Shown here: piece by piece, positions 49,331 to 61,055 of the stretch
How positions within the stretch are numbered: the stretch's first letter is position 1
Layout: each line of letters starts with the position of its first letter
Source of the DNA: Hydrolagus colliei
Taxonomy: Eukaryota
DNA length: 64,000 nt
Direction: 5' to 3'
NCBI GenBank assembly: GCA_035084275.1
Contig: JAYJKW010000399.1
Location: forward strand, 1,612,001 to 1,676,000
Translations under genes and position numbers: made by a program
The notes under the pieces: generated by a model
Database searches by the model: none
The model's input: only the letters and a program-made list of their open reading frames with translations
What the model was told of the DNA's origin: nothing

Positions 49331-50743
49331 GTTCTTACATAGCGCCTGTCACGTCGGGAGGACGTCCCAAATGTGATTCTATCGTTGATGTATTGACAAA
49401 TAAAGTGCATTGTGACTTCATCCCAAAATGAATCGTGCCACACGCATCTAACTATTGTGCTGCTGTCATGCAAACGGTGAATGGCAGCTCAAGGAGAAGC
49501 AAAAGATATTCAACGTTTACAGCATCGGAGCAAGGAATAGACTTAAAGTGGAGAAACAATGATCAGGGATATGTCACAGTAAGATACTGAGAATGAGTTA
49601 TAGCATAGACAATACGAGGAAAAAGCAAGTAAATGGGATCAAAGTATCAATTTCCATTGGAGGCAATGGGACCAGGAACGTTCAGAAGGGCCCTCAAAGA
49701 ATTCCTTGCTTTCAAATTATGCAAGTGCAGTACCTACAGTCCAACAGCAGATAGCAAACAAAACACACATATAACATATAACATCATCTACAATTGACAT
49801 AGCTTGCCGTGTTACATTCAACGTCAATCTACCTTGTCAGATATAACAGGAGCTTCCTGTTACAGTCCACATTGGTTACATCCTATGCATTATTGCTGCT
49901 TCTGCTTAAATATTCAAAAGTTTGTCCAAACCGTAACCATGACAATCGCAAGGCTTAGTTTGCCCGAAATGTAATCTGCATGTCATATATTCATGTTGTA
50001 GTCTTTCTGAAAAATAAGCATTCACCCTCCAGTGGGGTTCACTGTGTTAACATTTGTATTAGGTTTTGTTAACTAACGTAAGGTGGTTTGTTTTAGTACA
50101 GATTGGGAACACAATAAAACTGACAACATTTAATTTAATTTAGGTACAGAATAATTATATTGTTTACATGGTTATTGGCGTCCAATTAATTACATAGATG
50201 ACTGGACAGCAATATTAATAATAATAAAATTGGTAATAATGATAATATCAATAATAATAATTGTTCTGCTGTTTGCCTTTGATGTACAACATTTTGGAGA
50301 TGGGGAATATTACCCCCAATAAAGTGAACCACCAATAGCCTAACCTGTTGTTTCCTCCATATTCTTAGCTAAACCGAGGTGTGTGTGTGTGTTTTGTGTG
50401 TCTGTGTGTGTGTGGAATAAGGATGTTTGCCCAACGTATTGCTTTGCCTGGGAATCAATCAGGGTGGAAGATTCATAAGGCATGTATGAATGCCTTACTC
50501 CACACAAAAGCAAACCTCCACCAACAAGCGACAAGTAGAATCCTTTAGCTTGCCAATTGGCGAATGAATTCTGCAGACGCAAACATGCAGGAAGTGAGAA
50601 GTACGTGAAGGCGTCACCGGGAATATACTTATAACGTACATTGTTAACTGCGTTCCGCAAACAGTTGTAAACATTGATCAGTCTTAGGCTGATTTCCAGC
50701 TGCATTTCTGGCAGACGTCTTGACGTGAATTAAGAGATTGAGA

Positions 50744-51182
50744 ATGAAGCAGGATTTCAATGCACCATATATTATTTTTCATTTAATTACAACAATCTTG
50801 TGTAAGTAGAGTATCAGATTGGATACACATATCCTGGTTTTCCTGATACATACTTAACATTTATTGCAGATATTTTATGGTTTACGATTCATGAATGTTC
50901 ATTTCTATTCCGCCAGGTGTCTCGGCTGAAAGCGAAGTGTCCTCAGGCTCTGACAGAGAATGAAAATGGAAATGTATCTATGGAGTGCAGCACCACTGTG
51001 AATGTCCAAAGCTGTCACTGGTATAAACAGCATGGAAACGGCTCCATCTGATACTTGGTGCCGGGATCGAGAGAGATGAAGGAGAAGCAGAGGATAAATG
51101 CTTTGACTGTTGGAAAAAACAACACATTATCCATCCGAGACGTGCGAGTGTCTGACTCCGCAACTTACTTCTGTGCAGTGAG
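50744..51182 (+). pseudogene. TCR alpha/delta-type V pseudogene, family A copy 2 (leader 50744-50801, V exon 50917-51182)
   Basis: Intact leader MKQDFNAPYIIFHLITTIL. The V exon has an ~8-nt deletion in FR1 and an in-frame TGA after WYKQHGNGSI. It ends DSATYFCAV. Confidence 0.87.
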
Positions 51183-51221
51183 CATAGTGCTGTGTGTTTT
51201 CGAAGGCCCTGTACAGAAACA
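51183..51221 (+). other. Degenerate 23-RSS (catagtg-23-acagaaaca)
   Basis: Correct spacing, but the critical CAC of the heptamer is changed to CAT. Confidence 0.8.
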
Positions 51222-51324
51222 TGCTGAGGTTACCGCAGCTCAATGGGTGGAGCACGAGGGTTGCCACATAGAGGAAGTCGGTTGCCACATTTATACAGTA
51301 AAGCATACAATCAATTCACTTCTC

Positions 51325-51560
51325 AGTACAAACTGTGGCGGAATGAAGTCGGGATGGAGTTCCAGAGGTTGGGGGCAGAGTGGTTGAAGGCTCGCCCGCC
51401 AATGGATGGGCGTGTGGGTCGGGGGCCGTTGAGCAGGTCACAGCCAGCCGAACTAAGAAGGCGGGAAGGTAGGTAAGGAGATAGGAGGGATAGGATGTCA
51501 AGAATGTAGGGTGGTGCGAGATGATTGAGTGCTTTTGATGTGAGGACCGGGATGAACACA
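51325..51560 (-). mobile_element. L2 3' fragment
   Basis: Minus-strand ORF KALNHLAPPY...GGRAFNHSAPNLWNSIP. Confidence 0.78.
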
Positions 51561-51646
51561 CATAAAAGTATTATCTAACCATATACACACACACTGTGGG
51601 ACTTCCGCTGAGCACCTCCTCCTACCTATTTTGGAATATATATGTA

Positions 51647-51788
51647 NNNNNNNNNNNNNNNNNNNNNNNNNNNNNNNNNNNNNNNNNNNNNNNNNNNNNN
51701 NNNNNNNNNNNNNNNNNNNNNNNNNNNNNNNNNNNNNNNNNNNNNNNNNNNNNNNNNNNNNNNNNNNNNNNNNNNNNNNNNNNNNNNN
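51647..51788. other. Assembly gap (142 N)
   Basis: Run of n characters. Confidence 0.99.
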
Positions 51789-52424
51789 CAGTGTACAATG
51801 TAAAATGTACTTAATTTTCGTTTTGCAGGAGAAACGAGGCATTCACTTATGCACAGCATTGTCCTATGAACAGACGTGTGTCGAGTTTCTTATATTAGGA
51901 GAGATTGTTTCTCCGAAACGTTACTCTTCAATCGATTAACAACCGTTTTCCTATTTACTCTCGGTAAACCGAGATCGGCGTATAGTGTAAGTAAACTTGA
52001 CCAACATGTCGCCCTGGCAGGCAACAAACGCAGGCAAAATGCTTGTAAGGCGAGTGTTGATACCATTAAACTACATGAGTCCACAGACGGTACGGATGTG
52101 TGGATATCATGTATGTGTTTAGACGACATGTAATGTATCTATCGGTCTATCTTGCTGCAGGTGACTGTCATCCAGTTGATCAAAGGCATGTCAGTGTTGG
52201 AGGAGAACCAATGGAGGAGCGAGATGGCAGAGCAGAGAAGATGACGCTCAGTGACAGTGACACAAATGTTGTACATAAACCTCAAACTTGCTCCCTCATA
52301 GTGTATGGCAACCTGTTTATGTCATTTCCTTTTCAGCCCTCCTCACGGTATGTAACTGCTTCCCAGCCAACATTCCACAACTAAACCATCAGCGCTCCGT
52401 CAACACTTGGTGCCATTAACACAG

Positions 52425-53226
52425 ATGACAATGTACATATATGTGGCAGTAGCCATCATTGCCTACTCAGGTAAGCCAAAAACCTATGGATGCAATTCCT
52501 TTACATGTTCTCCCAAGCCAAAGTTTTATAGCATTGAATAAGCAACACATTAAGAATTTGTGCATGTGGTGTGTCCTGTTGTCAGTGGTTGGAACACTCG
52601 TCCAGTATGCGGGAGGATCTGTGTTAGTTTCCCGGTGGGAAAGGGCAGTGAGTAGGTACTCGATGTATTTTATTCTACTGGAAGACCACTTTAATAACAT
52701 CTTGTCCGCGTCAGACAAACAGTTACGAATAATAATATGGTCACTTATTCCATGACTGTTTATGCTACGATGATATGCTCAGCTATCTGCCACGCTCACA
52801 CCCAAAATAACGGCAACGTATATTCTGCGAAGAGCTTGCGGATGTCTCAATGAATTTGCATGGCGATGTATCAAATACAACATTATGACCGCTATGTTAT
52901 TGAACGCTAATTTGTGTCTATTTCACAGAACATGGTGGAGGCGAAACAGTGACACAGGTCCCATCTGCTGTAACACTGAATGAGGGGATGGATATTTATC
53001 TTCAGTGTAATTACACAGCTACAAACTATCTCTTCTGGTTCCGTCACTATCCTAACAAACCCCCAGAATATATCCTCAGCACATCAAGCAAGATCAAGTC
53101 GAGATATGCAGACTTTACTGAAGAACGTTTCTCAACGACGGTGGATAAAGCGGCGAGAACCGTCCCATTAAACATATCCCACGTGAGAGTCATAGACTCG
53201 GCGGTGTATTACTGTGCACTGAGCCC
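52425..53226 (+). CDS. TRAV: Intact TCR alpha-type V segment, family B copy 2 (leader 52425-52470, V exon 52929-53226)
   Basis: MTMYIYVAVAIIAYS|EHGGGETVTQVPS...LQCNY...LFWFRHYPNKPPEYIL...ERFS...DSAVYYCALS. GT-AG intron, open frame, Cys23/Trp41/Cys104 present, RSS follows. TRAV versus TRDV cannot be settled from a V alone. Confidence 0.92.
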
Positions 53227-53265
53227 CACAGAGACACAGTTCAGCGTTTCCGCCCTACAAAAACT
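53227..53265 (+). other. 23-RSS (cacagag-23-acaaaaact)
   Basis: Directly 3' of the intact V; spacer counted as 23 nt. Confidence 0.92.
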
Positions 53266-54399
53266 ATCATGCAGTGTCCTCTAGCTCTGAAGTTAGAGCA
53301 GTCGCCTCGCAAGCAAGAGCATTGGGTTCGACTACATTTAGCGCGAAACTTAGGACACATTTTCTTAATCTATGTATACCTCTAATTAGACAGGAGTCAG
53401 TAGCTTCCCGCTTCTTAGTAGCTGGTGAATGAATCCATCTACAGTAGATATAATTCCTTCAAAATAATTTTATTAATAATAATGAATTACTAACTGAATT
53501 CAAAGAAACACAGACGTTTGTAGTCAATGCTGCTTGTCTTTATGCAACTTTTATGTGTTTTGTTCAGACATAAAGGTGATTCGGATATATTTGTATTACA
53601 ATCAATATAAAATAGATTATTTTTAATGAAGACTGAAGATGAGAGCGCTTGATGCGGAAATAAGTCGTTATTATCATGCAAATTCCATCTGATCAATCGC
53701 CTGACAAATAATATGTCTCAAAGACTATACTGTAAAGTGAATTGACATTGCATGTTATGGGTGTGGATACTCAGACTCAAATGTGCACGTTTAAGCCTGA
53801 ATCTAATAGGAGCAATCCCACATGCCCACAGCAGCTAGAAGGACGAGATAGTGACGCACAGATAAGAGACAACATCACAAAGGATTCTCAGCTACATCTG
53901 TGGCCCCAGTGTCACACGGTATCAAGACCAGCAGAGATAGAAACGCTGACTGTGGTGTATGGAAGTAATCAAGTTGGGATATTTGCTCTCCGCAGCCACC
54001 GTAATGTAACTATATGGTTACTTAATCTAGATATCATTACCGACAGCCCCTCCAGTCAATGCTAGTACCAAGGGTCATCTCTAAACCAAGTCTCCTTTAA
54101 CCCTGTTTACTTTAGCATTGCTATGCACAATTGGCTGTCCAGCTTCACTCACAAATATGCAGTAAACACAATTTACAGTAAATTCTGTGAAGCGCTTTGT
54201 GACGTCTAGATGTCGTGAAAAGCGCTATATCAAAATCAAGAATTATTATTATGATTTCTCCATTTGTAGGACGATGCAACTTAATTTTCCAATGACGGAC
54301 AAATTCTTACAGACTTGTGGCCTCTCGTGTTACCTCGCGACACAAAGTATTCCCGTGGGTGGAGACATTCTCAAAGCGTCTCAAAGTGTTTCATTTTAA

Positions 54400-54720
54400 A
54401 TAGTAATAATCCTTTCATTTGATAGTGAGCTTTTCACAACTTATCGACGTCTCAAAGCGCTTCACAGAATGTACTGTAAAGTAAACTCACTGTACGTTTG
54501 TGGGCGAAACGCGGCGGCCATTTGCGCACAGCAGCGTCCCCACAAACAGTCGTTTATTGAAAATTACTCATTTATATTTGTATCTCATTTTAAAGGAATT
54601 TTTATTAGGCGCGTGTGTGTAGTAAGGAAACTTGCCAGGATTTCGCCCTGAGCTGCCTGGACTTGAACACATGTCTCCCGCTTCTGAAGCTTGTGCTCTA
54701 ACCAGTGTGCCACGGGAGCT
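54400..54720 (-). mobile_element. Same SINE family, minus strand (similar copies near 17510-17760, 26170-26400, 43515-43800, 46000-46285, 58430-58740, 61540-61790)
   Basis: Reverse complement of the SINE core and head: agcgcttcacagaatgtactgtaaagtaaactcactgtacgtttgtgggcgaaacgcggc...aaggaaacttg...agctgcctggacttgaac. Confidence 0.75.
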
Positions 54721-54821
54721 CCATATCCTGTAGAACGCATGAACGCCGCATACAATAGCGTTGCTTGTTTTTACTTAGTATTAATCGGTTCAACGCTGAA
54801 TAATACAATTGGTTCCTGTAG

Positions 54822-55116
54822 GAATCAGTGATGGAGAATCGGTGAGACAGAGCCCTAAAGAGGCCTGGCGTTTGGAAGGCGCCTTGCTGACTATCAGCAG
54901 TAATGTCTCCACGACTAGTGACAAAATCTCACTGCTGCTGTACCACCAGCGCCGCAGTGAAGGGCCCGCTTTCATTATCCGAATGCATTCCTAGGGGAAG
55001 GATATCAGTCAGGAACGCTTCTATGCCTTGATAGATTCCTCTAAGAAACTGTTCCAGTTCAAGATCAACAACGTCCATTTCAGCGACAGCGCTGCCTATG
55101 TTTGTGCACTGAGGAC
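54822..55116 (+). pseudogene. TCR alpha/delta-type V pseudogene, third family
   Basis: cctgtag acceptor; GISDGESVRQSP...ERFYALIDSSKKLFQFKINNVHFSDSAAYVCALR. First Cys and conserved Trp are lost, TAG at 54992, leader not confidently found. Confidence 0.82.
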
Positions 55117-55154
55117 CACAGCGAACGCATCCTCGAGAAAACCGTACAAAAACC
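55117..55154 (+). other. RSS cacagcg-22-acaaaaacc
   Basis: Consensus nonamer, 22-nt spacer (23 minus 1). Confidence 0.82.
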
Positions 55155-57453
55155 CTTATGGCGTTATGTACCATATTGGTTATAGCAGTCAACTCTAAAG
55201 CGGTAGGAGCTGGGTTCAATTCCTATTGAGGGAGAAACTCTCTAAGATGCGTAGAAGGCGCTATGTAATTACAAGTGTTTGTAGTTAGGCAAGTTTCCTT
55301 AATCCACACATCTCTGATTTGTTTCCTTTAAGTGTGAACCCGCTTCTTATGCGAATACAATATGCTCCTGTAGCTCAGTAGTTAGAACAGTCGACTTATC
55401 CGATCGAAACTACAGCTGAACCCATTTCTGGGTGTGCAGTTGGAGCAAGCGCAATCAACGCCTCGAAGCAAACCACACATTCAACCACCATAAATGTTGG
55501 TCCATGGAGTGAGAAGAGAGGTAACATTGATCCAGATTATTTGTCACTTCTCTACAAGGCAATACAGCACCTTGAGACATCGCTGTGATTAGCGCTGTAT
55601 CAATGTAATATAATTGTATTCCCATGTAAATCTTATGGTTCTGTAATGTAAATTCTTAATGTCAACATTACTAAATTTAACATTACCAAGTACAAGATAA
55701 GTATCAGGAATCAAATTAAATTGGGTGTGTCAAGTATAAAGAGAGACACGTCGGAATGAGGTTGGTGTCGAATTTCCCACTGAAGCATACGCAATATGAG
55801 AAACGAGCAGCGAGATAAGAGTAAGGTATCAATATCCAAAGGAAAGGATAGGAACAGGAAAGATAGGGCGGGACGAAATCAACATGCAAGCATTTCTCTC
55901 TGCAGCACACGTGTTATAGCTGTAATCAACCAACAGATGGCGATGTACACACACCTATAACATCAGCAGCTGCTGACATAACTTCCCACGTTGCTTTCTG
56001 TAACAACTGACTTGGCAGCCACAACAGGTGCTTCCTGTTACAGTAGACACGGTTTCCCTGCTGTACTCTATCGCTGGCTCAGCTGAAATGTACAAAGGTT
56101 TAGTCTAAAGCCTGATTAACGCATTCGATTGATCAAGGAGCAATTTTTCTATGATTGTTTCTATATTGTTGTGCTTCTCACAAACAAGCATCTGCCCTTC
56201 AGTGGATCATATTGGTTTGATGAGGGTATTAGATATCGATAACAAAACCAGTATTTTTTATAGATTTAATTCTGGAAAACGATTAATACTGACTTAATTT
56301 ATCAAATTTTAGAAATCATAGATAACAGCTTATGCCCTTGGATGCAATTCAAACGAAGGCACGGTAGAGCTCTGTTAATAACACTGGTAATGATAACTGC
56401 CTTTGCTGTAGCAGCTTTCGCTTTTGAAAAAGATAGTGAAGCCTTGAATGTACAAAGTAAATATTTACTGCTTTAGACTGCGCTGCGCAGTTCAAGCATT
56501 CAAGCATTCAACAATAACACAATTGAATGCATTCGCAAAAACATTAGTAATATGATGTGGTAATTTTCAAATCTTCTACACGTCTAAAAGCTCTTCATTT
56601 TATAAAATGCAAGGAACATTTATTATTATTGTTGCCAGCAGATATAATCATCAAAGTTCATTTTAGTTCGTCTACCACCGATTGCATTCTAAAGCGGCTT
56701 AACTGCGCACTGTGAATGATATAATTCATTCTGGATTGATGCACTGGGCTTAAACTCTAGTGCAGGCCTGGGGTGTGTCTGTAATGTCAGAGAAGCTGTC
56801 CTCCTGTTGAAGCATCAAACATAGGTCCAGTCGGTTTGTAAGAAGCGTCGGTGATGATGACATATCTCTGCTCGAGCAAGATCAAGGGTTTCCTTGGTGA
56901 CTGGAAAGACATTCCATCAGCTCAATTGTTTATTTGCTTCACAGATGATTGAGTTAACATTGTTTTAAACGTATTGGCTGCTGACGTGTCAAACACACTA
57001 TCTCTGCCATCGAGAGAAAAACCTATGTGGAAATGTGAGAATCCTCCATGAATTTACTTGATAAGGATGTATGCAAGCTATTTGTAAATACAGCTAACTG
57101 ATTGAAACCTGTAATAATATGAATAACAGTAATAGCTACATTTGGCTGCATTAGACGTAGCACAAGATAACGTCATTCAGCTGATACAAGGGGCTTGAAA
57201 GACTATATTGAAATATCCATGAATTTCCTATTTTGTGGGCTGAACGAACGCTGCTGGCAGTCGGATGGGGACTGAACGTCACATCAACAAACATACAGGA
57301 AATGAAAAGTCATTGGAGGCGTCATCGTCAATAAAGTTATAACCTACACAGTTAGCGGCACTCGACAAACATTTATGTACGTTTGTGAGCAGTTAGCTGG
57401 TGTCTCCTTGCATTTCACCTAGAATTTCTGAAACGAATCGTCGAGGATTGAGA

Positions 57454-57909
57454 ATGAAACCAAGTAACCAAGCAACGTGTATTATTTTTAATTTCATGCT
57501 ATCTCTCTTATGTAAGGAGAGTGTGATTTTGGATAAAAATATTCTTGTTACCCGAATAACTAATGACAAGTTTGTTTGCATACATTGTCCGTATTTCTTT
57601 CCAAGAAATAGCTTTTGTATTCCCCAGGTGCCTTGGCTGATAGTGAAGTATCACAGAGTCCTCAGGCACTGCCAGAAAATGAAAATGGAAAGTATCTATA
57701 GAGTGCAGAACCACTGTACAGGACCCTGACTTCCAATGGTACAAACGGTATGGAAACGGCTCCATCCATTTGCTGATGAAGGGAAGCAGAGAGATCAAGG
57801 TGGAGGAGAGGATAAGTGCTTTGGCTGACACAAAAGAGAAGAACAGCACACTGACAATCAAAGCCGTGCGAGTGACAGACACCGCCACTTACTTCTGTGC
57901 AACAGAGAG
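57454..57909 (+). pseudogene. TCR alpha/delta-type V, family A copy 3, single-base frameshift (leader 57454-57511, V exon 57628-57909)
   Basis: Intact leader and splice sites. ggaaagtatct versus ggaaatgtatct/ggaaatgtattt in the paralogs gives a 1-nt deletion near 57691. Otherwise open to DTATYFCATE. Confidence 0.85.
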
Positions 57910-57948
57910 CACAGTGCTGCGTGTCTAAGAGGAGCCTGTACAAACACA
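57910..57948 (+). other. 23-RSS (cacagtg-23-acaaacaca)
   Basis: Consensus heptamer, 23-nt spacer. Confidence 0.88.
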
Positions 57949-59163
57949 TGCTGCTGCATTTTGCTGTACCTCACTGGATATACCACTCGCCTTTTAGATA
58001 CATGAGCGTTTGTGGAACACTGCTGTGTGCAATTGGCTGTCACATAGAGCCGGTAACATATACAGTTACCTTACTACACTGTACAACTAGTAAAGCGCTT
58101 TGTAATGTCTCATAGACTTCATAAGGTTCCATCAGTTTGGGCAACAAACAATGTTTGTTTGTTGCCCAAACTGATGGAACACAAAAGCCTGGAATGGAAA
58201 CGGTGCAGGATTGGAAACGTTCAAACAACTGTAGCAGAGACATCTGAGAAACGGCTGACGCCAAGTAGCTCCTCCACTTTGGTTTTGAAACCCTCTCATT
58301 GTTTGGTTTCTCAGCGTTACACAATTGCCAGCTGCCCCAGGGAATGTGAAGCCAACACACATTGGGCCATTGGTTAGCCTTGTGTACATTCTCAGTGGCT
58401 TCCACTGAATACCTCGGCCTGCCTTGTGACGTCACTAATCGCTTCATAGACTACACTGTAAAATATAGTGACTCGGCGATTTGCAGGCGAAACCAGGCAG
58501 CCAGTTGTGCACAGCAATGCCACACAAACAGTGGTGGATTCAATTACATATTCTGGAAGGGATAATAAACTCTGGAAACCAACAAGATAAATTGATGTAT
58601 AAATGAACTGGTATTTCTTAATAAGTAAACAGAAGTGGGTGGATAGAGTAATAAAACTTGTCCAACATTTCGCCCAACCTGGATCAAACAGAGGCACGTT
58701 GCTTGTGAGGCAACGAGAAGCGCTCTGAGACGCCTTGCGGCGTGTAGGGCGCTTTATCAATCGAAGATTTTGTTGTTCTTGTTGTTGTGGTGAGTGTTGA
58801 TATCATTAAGCTATAGGAATCCACAGATAGTACAGATAAGTGAATATCATGTATGTATTTGGACGAATTGAAATTGGATTTTTGGGTGGAACTTGCTGCA
58901 TGTTTGAGGCATCTGGTTGATCAAAGACATGTCAGTGTTGGAGGAGAACCAATGGATGAGCGAGAAAGCAGAACAAATGACATATGGGTGACATAAACAA
59001 ACGTTGTTATAAGCAAACCTCAGACAGGCTCCCTCATCATATATGGCAACTTCTGTCTGTCATTCACTGTTCAGCCCTCCTCACGAGACCTTACTGCCTC
59101 CCAGACAACATTCTCCAACTACACTATCAACGCTCTCCCCGCAAACCTTCCCATTAAGTCCAC

Positions 59164-59913
59164 ATGGCAATATATATCTATGTGGTAGTAGCCATCATCA
59201 CCTTGTCAGGTAAGCATTCTATCTGTATTTGTTTCCGAATGTATTATCCAATGCCTATGTTTTATCGCAGAAGTTATATAATAATAGAAAAATAGCTTCA
59301 GGATTTGGAGTGTTCATTATTTCAGTGTTTATAAGACTGGCTTCACAACCGAATCGATTCCCTGGCAGGACAGGGAGAAACGTTACACAAACTACATTGA
59401 TTTTGCAAATTTTATTCTTTGAATTGAATGGAGTCAAATGTTGCTGGGGAAATTTAGCAGATCAGGCAGCATCAATGGGGAACTGAAAAAGAGTCACCGT
59501 TTCGGTTGCACAACGTTTTAATAAGTCGCCGTATGAAACACAAGAGGACGATTGGAATTGTTGCTGTTGTATTGAATGCCGATGTATTTCTGGTTTCCAG
59601 GACTTTGTGGAGGGGACTCTGTGACAAAGCTCCAATCTACTGTGACAGTGAATGAGGGGGAATATGCCTATCAGCTGTGTAATGATACAACTAAAAGCGA
59701 CAGCAACCCATATATATTCTGCTACCGTCACTATCCCAACGCAGCTCCAGAATATATATTGATGGTGTACACCAGCATCAACAAGGAGATTCGTGCAGAA
59801 TTTCCAAAAGAACGTTTCTCAACAAATTTGGTTAAAGCGGGGCGAACCGTTCCACTAACTATATCCCAAGTGAGAGTCACAGACTCGGCGGTGTACTACT
59901 GTGCACTGAGCCC
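59164..59913 (+). CDS. TRAV: TCR alpha-type V, family B copy 3, open reading frame with Trp41->Cys (leader 59164-59209, V exon 59601-59913)
   Basis: MAIYIYVVVAIITLS|GLCGGDSVTK...QLC...IFCYRHYPNAAPEYIL...DSAVYYCALS. Splice sites intact, no stops. Confidence 0.85.
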
Positions 59914-59952
59914 CACAAAGACAAAGATCAGCGCTTCCGCCCTACAAAAACT
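59914..59952 (+). other. 23-RSS (cacaaag-23-acaaaaact)
   Basis: 23-nt spacer; heptamer deviates from consensus at two positions. Confidence 0.85.
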
Positions 59953-60734
59953 TCCATGTAGTCCATGGAGTCCTGTAGCTCGGCAGAGAAAACACGCGCC
60001 TCACAAGTGAGATACAAATGGGTTCGATTCCCGACAATGCGAAATGTTGAGCAAAATTGCTGACTACACACACGGGAATCGGTTTTCTGAGCAATAACTA
60101 GGAAACCGTCGATAGTTGATCGGTGAATCCTTTTTCCAGGGGCATGTCTTCCTTCGGAATAATACTACAACTACCACCTATCATAAATTGAATATTCGTT
60201 CCAATGGATGACTGATACGAGCAAACAGCTGCAGTGCTTCACTCACAATATACGCAGTTACATCGTTTAATATACATTCTGCTAATTGCTTTGATGCATC
60301 TCGAAGATATGATATAGCGTATTATCCAATGTAAGGATTAGTGTTGTTAACTATATATTATTTTGACTTAAATAGCTTAAAATGCTCTCCACTAGCACTC
60401 CACTAGTCACATCCCGCCAACTTGAGAAAAATCAATTTATACACACTCTTTGTTTGCTTCTAGTTAGCCATTCTTCAATCCATGTTGATATATTTCCCCC
60501 AATTTCATGGGCCCCTATGTTTTGCATCAACCACAGTACTTTATCGAAATCCAAATACACCTTCCCATGTGTATAATCTACCCGATACACGCTCAAAAAT
60601 ATCTAAAAGATTTGTCAAGCATGACTTTTCTTTTGTAAAGCAATGTTGACTTTGTCTCATGATATTGTGAACCACTACGTAACCCACTACGACATCCTTA
60701 ATCAATTATTCTACAATGTTCCCTACCACTGTTG

Positions 60735-61055
60735 GCAAACTTACTGGTTAGATCACTCGCCGTACAAGCGTGAGACCTGTGTTCGAATCCATGCAGATCA
60801 GGGTGAAACTTTGCGCAAGTATCCTTACCCGCTACGTCTAAACATAATCCCTCCAAAATACCTTCAATAACAAAATTGGCCATTTCAATCCACGACTGTT
60901 TGTGCGACACTGCGCAACGTAATCGGCTGCAGAGTTCCGCCCAAAAACATATGCAGTCAATTCAATTGACAGCATATTATGTGAAGCGCTTTGAGACATC
61001 GATAAGATGTGAGAAGCGCTATATGAAAATACAAGGATTATTTTTTATTATTATC
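60735..61055 (+). mobile_element. Same SINE family, near full length
   Basis: tggttagatcactcgcc...gttcgaatcc head; gtgaagcgctttgagacatc...aagcgctatatgaaaatacaaggattatt tail. Confidence 0.75.

Noticed and set aside
53960-54006. Possible leader for the third-family V (MEVIKLGYLLSAAT)
   Set aside because: Weakly hydrophobic, and the nearby GT gives the wrong phase; too uncertain to call.
57628-57909. Family A V domains looking short in the CDR2 region (possible NAR-like deletion)
   Set aside because: The Trp-to-Cys span is 54 residues, about normal for TCR alpha V domains; family B is simply longer.
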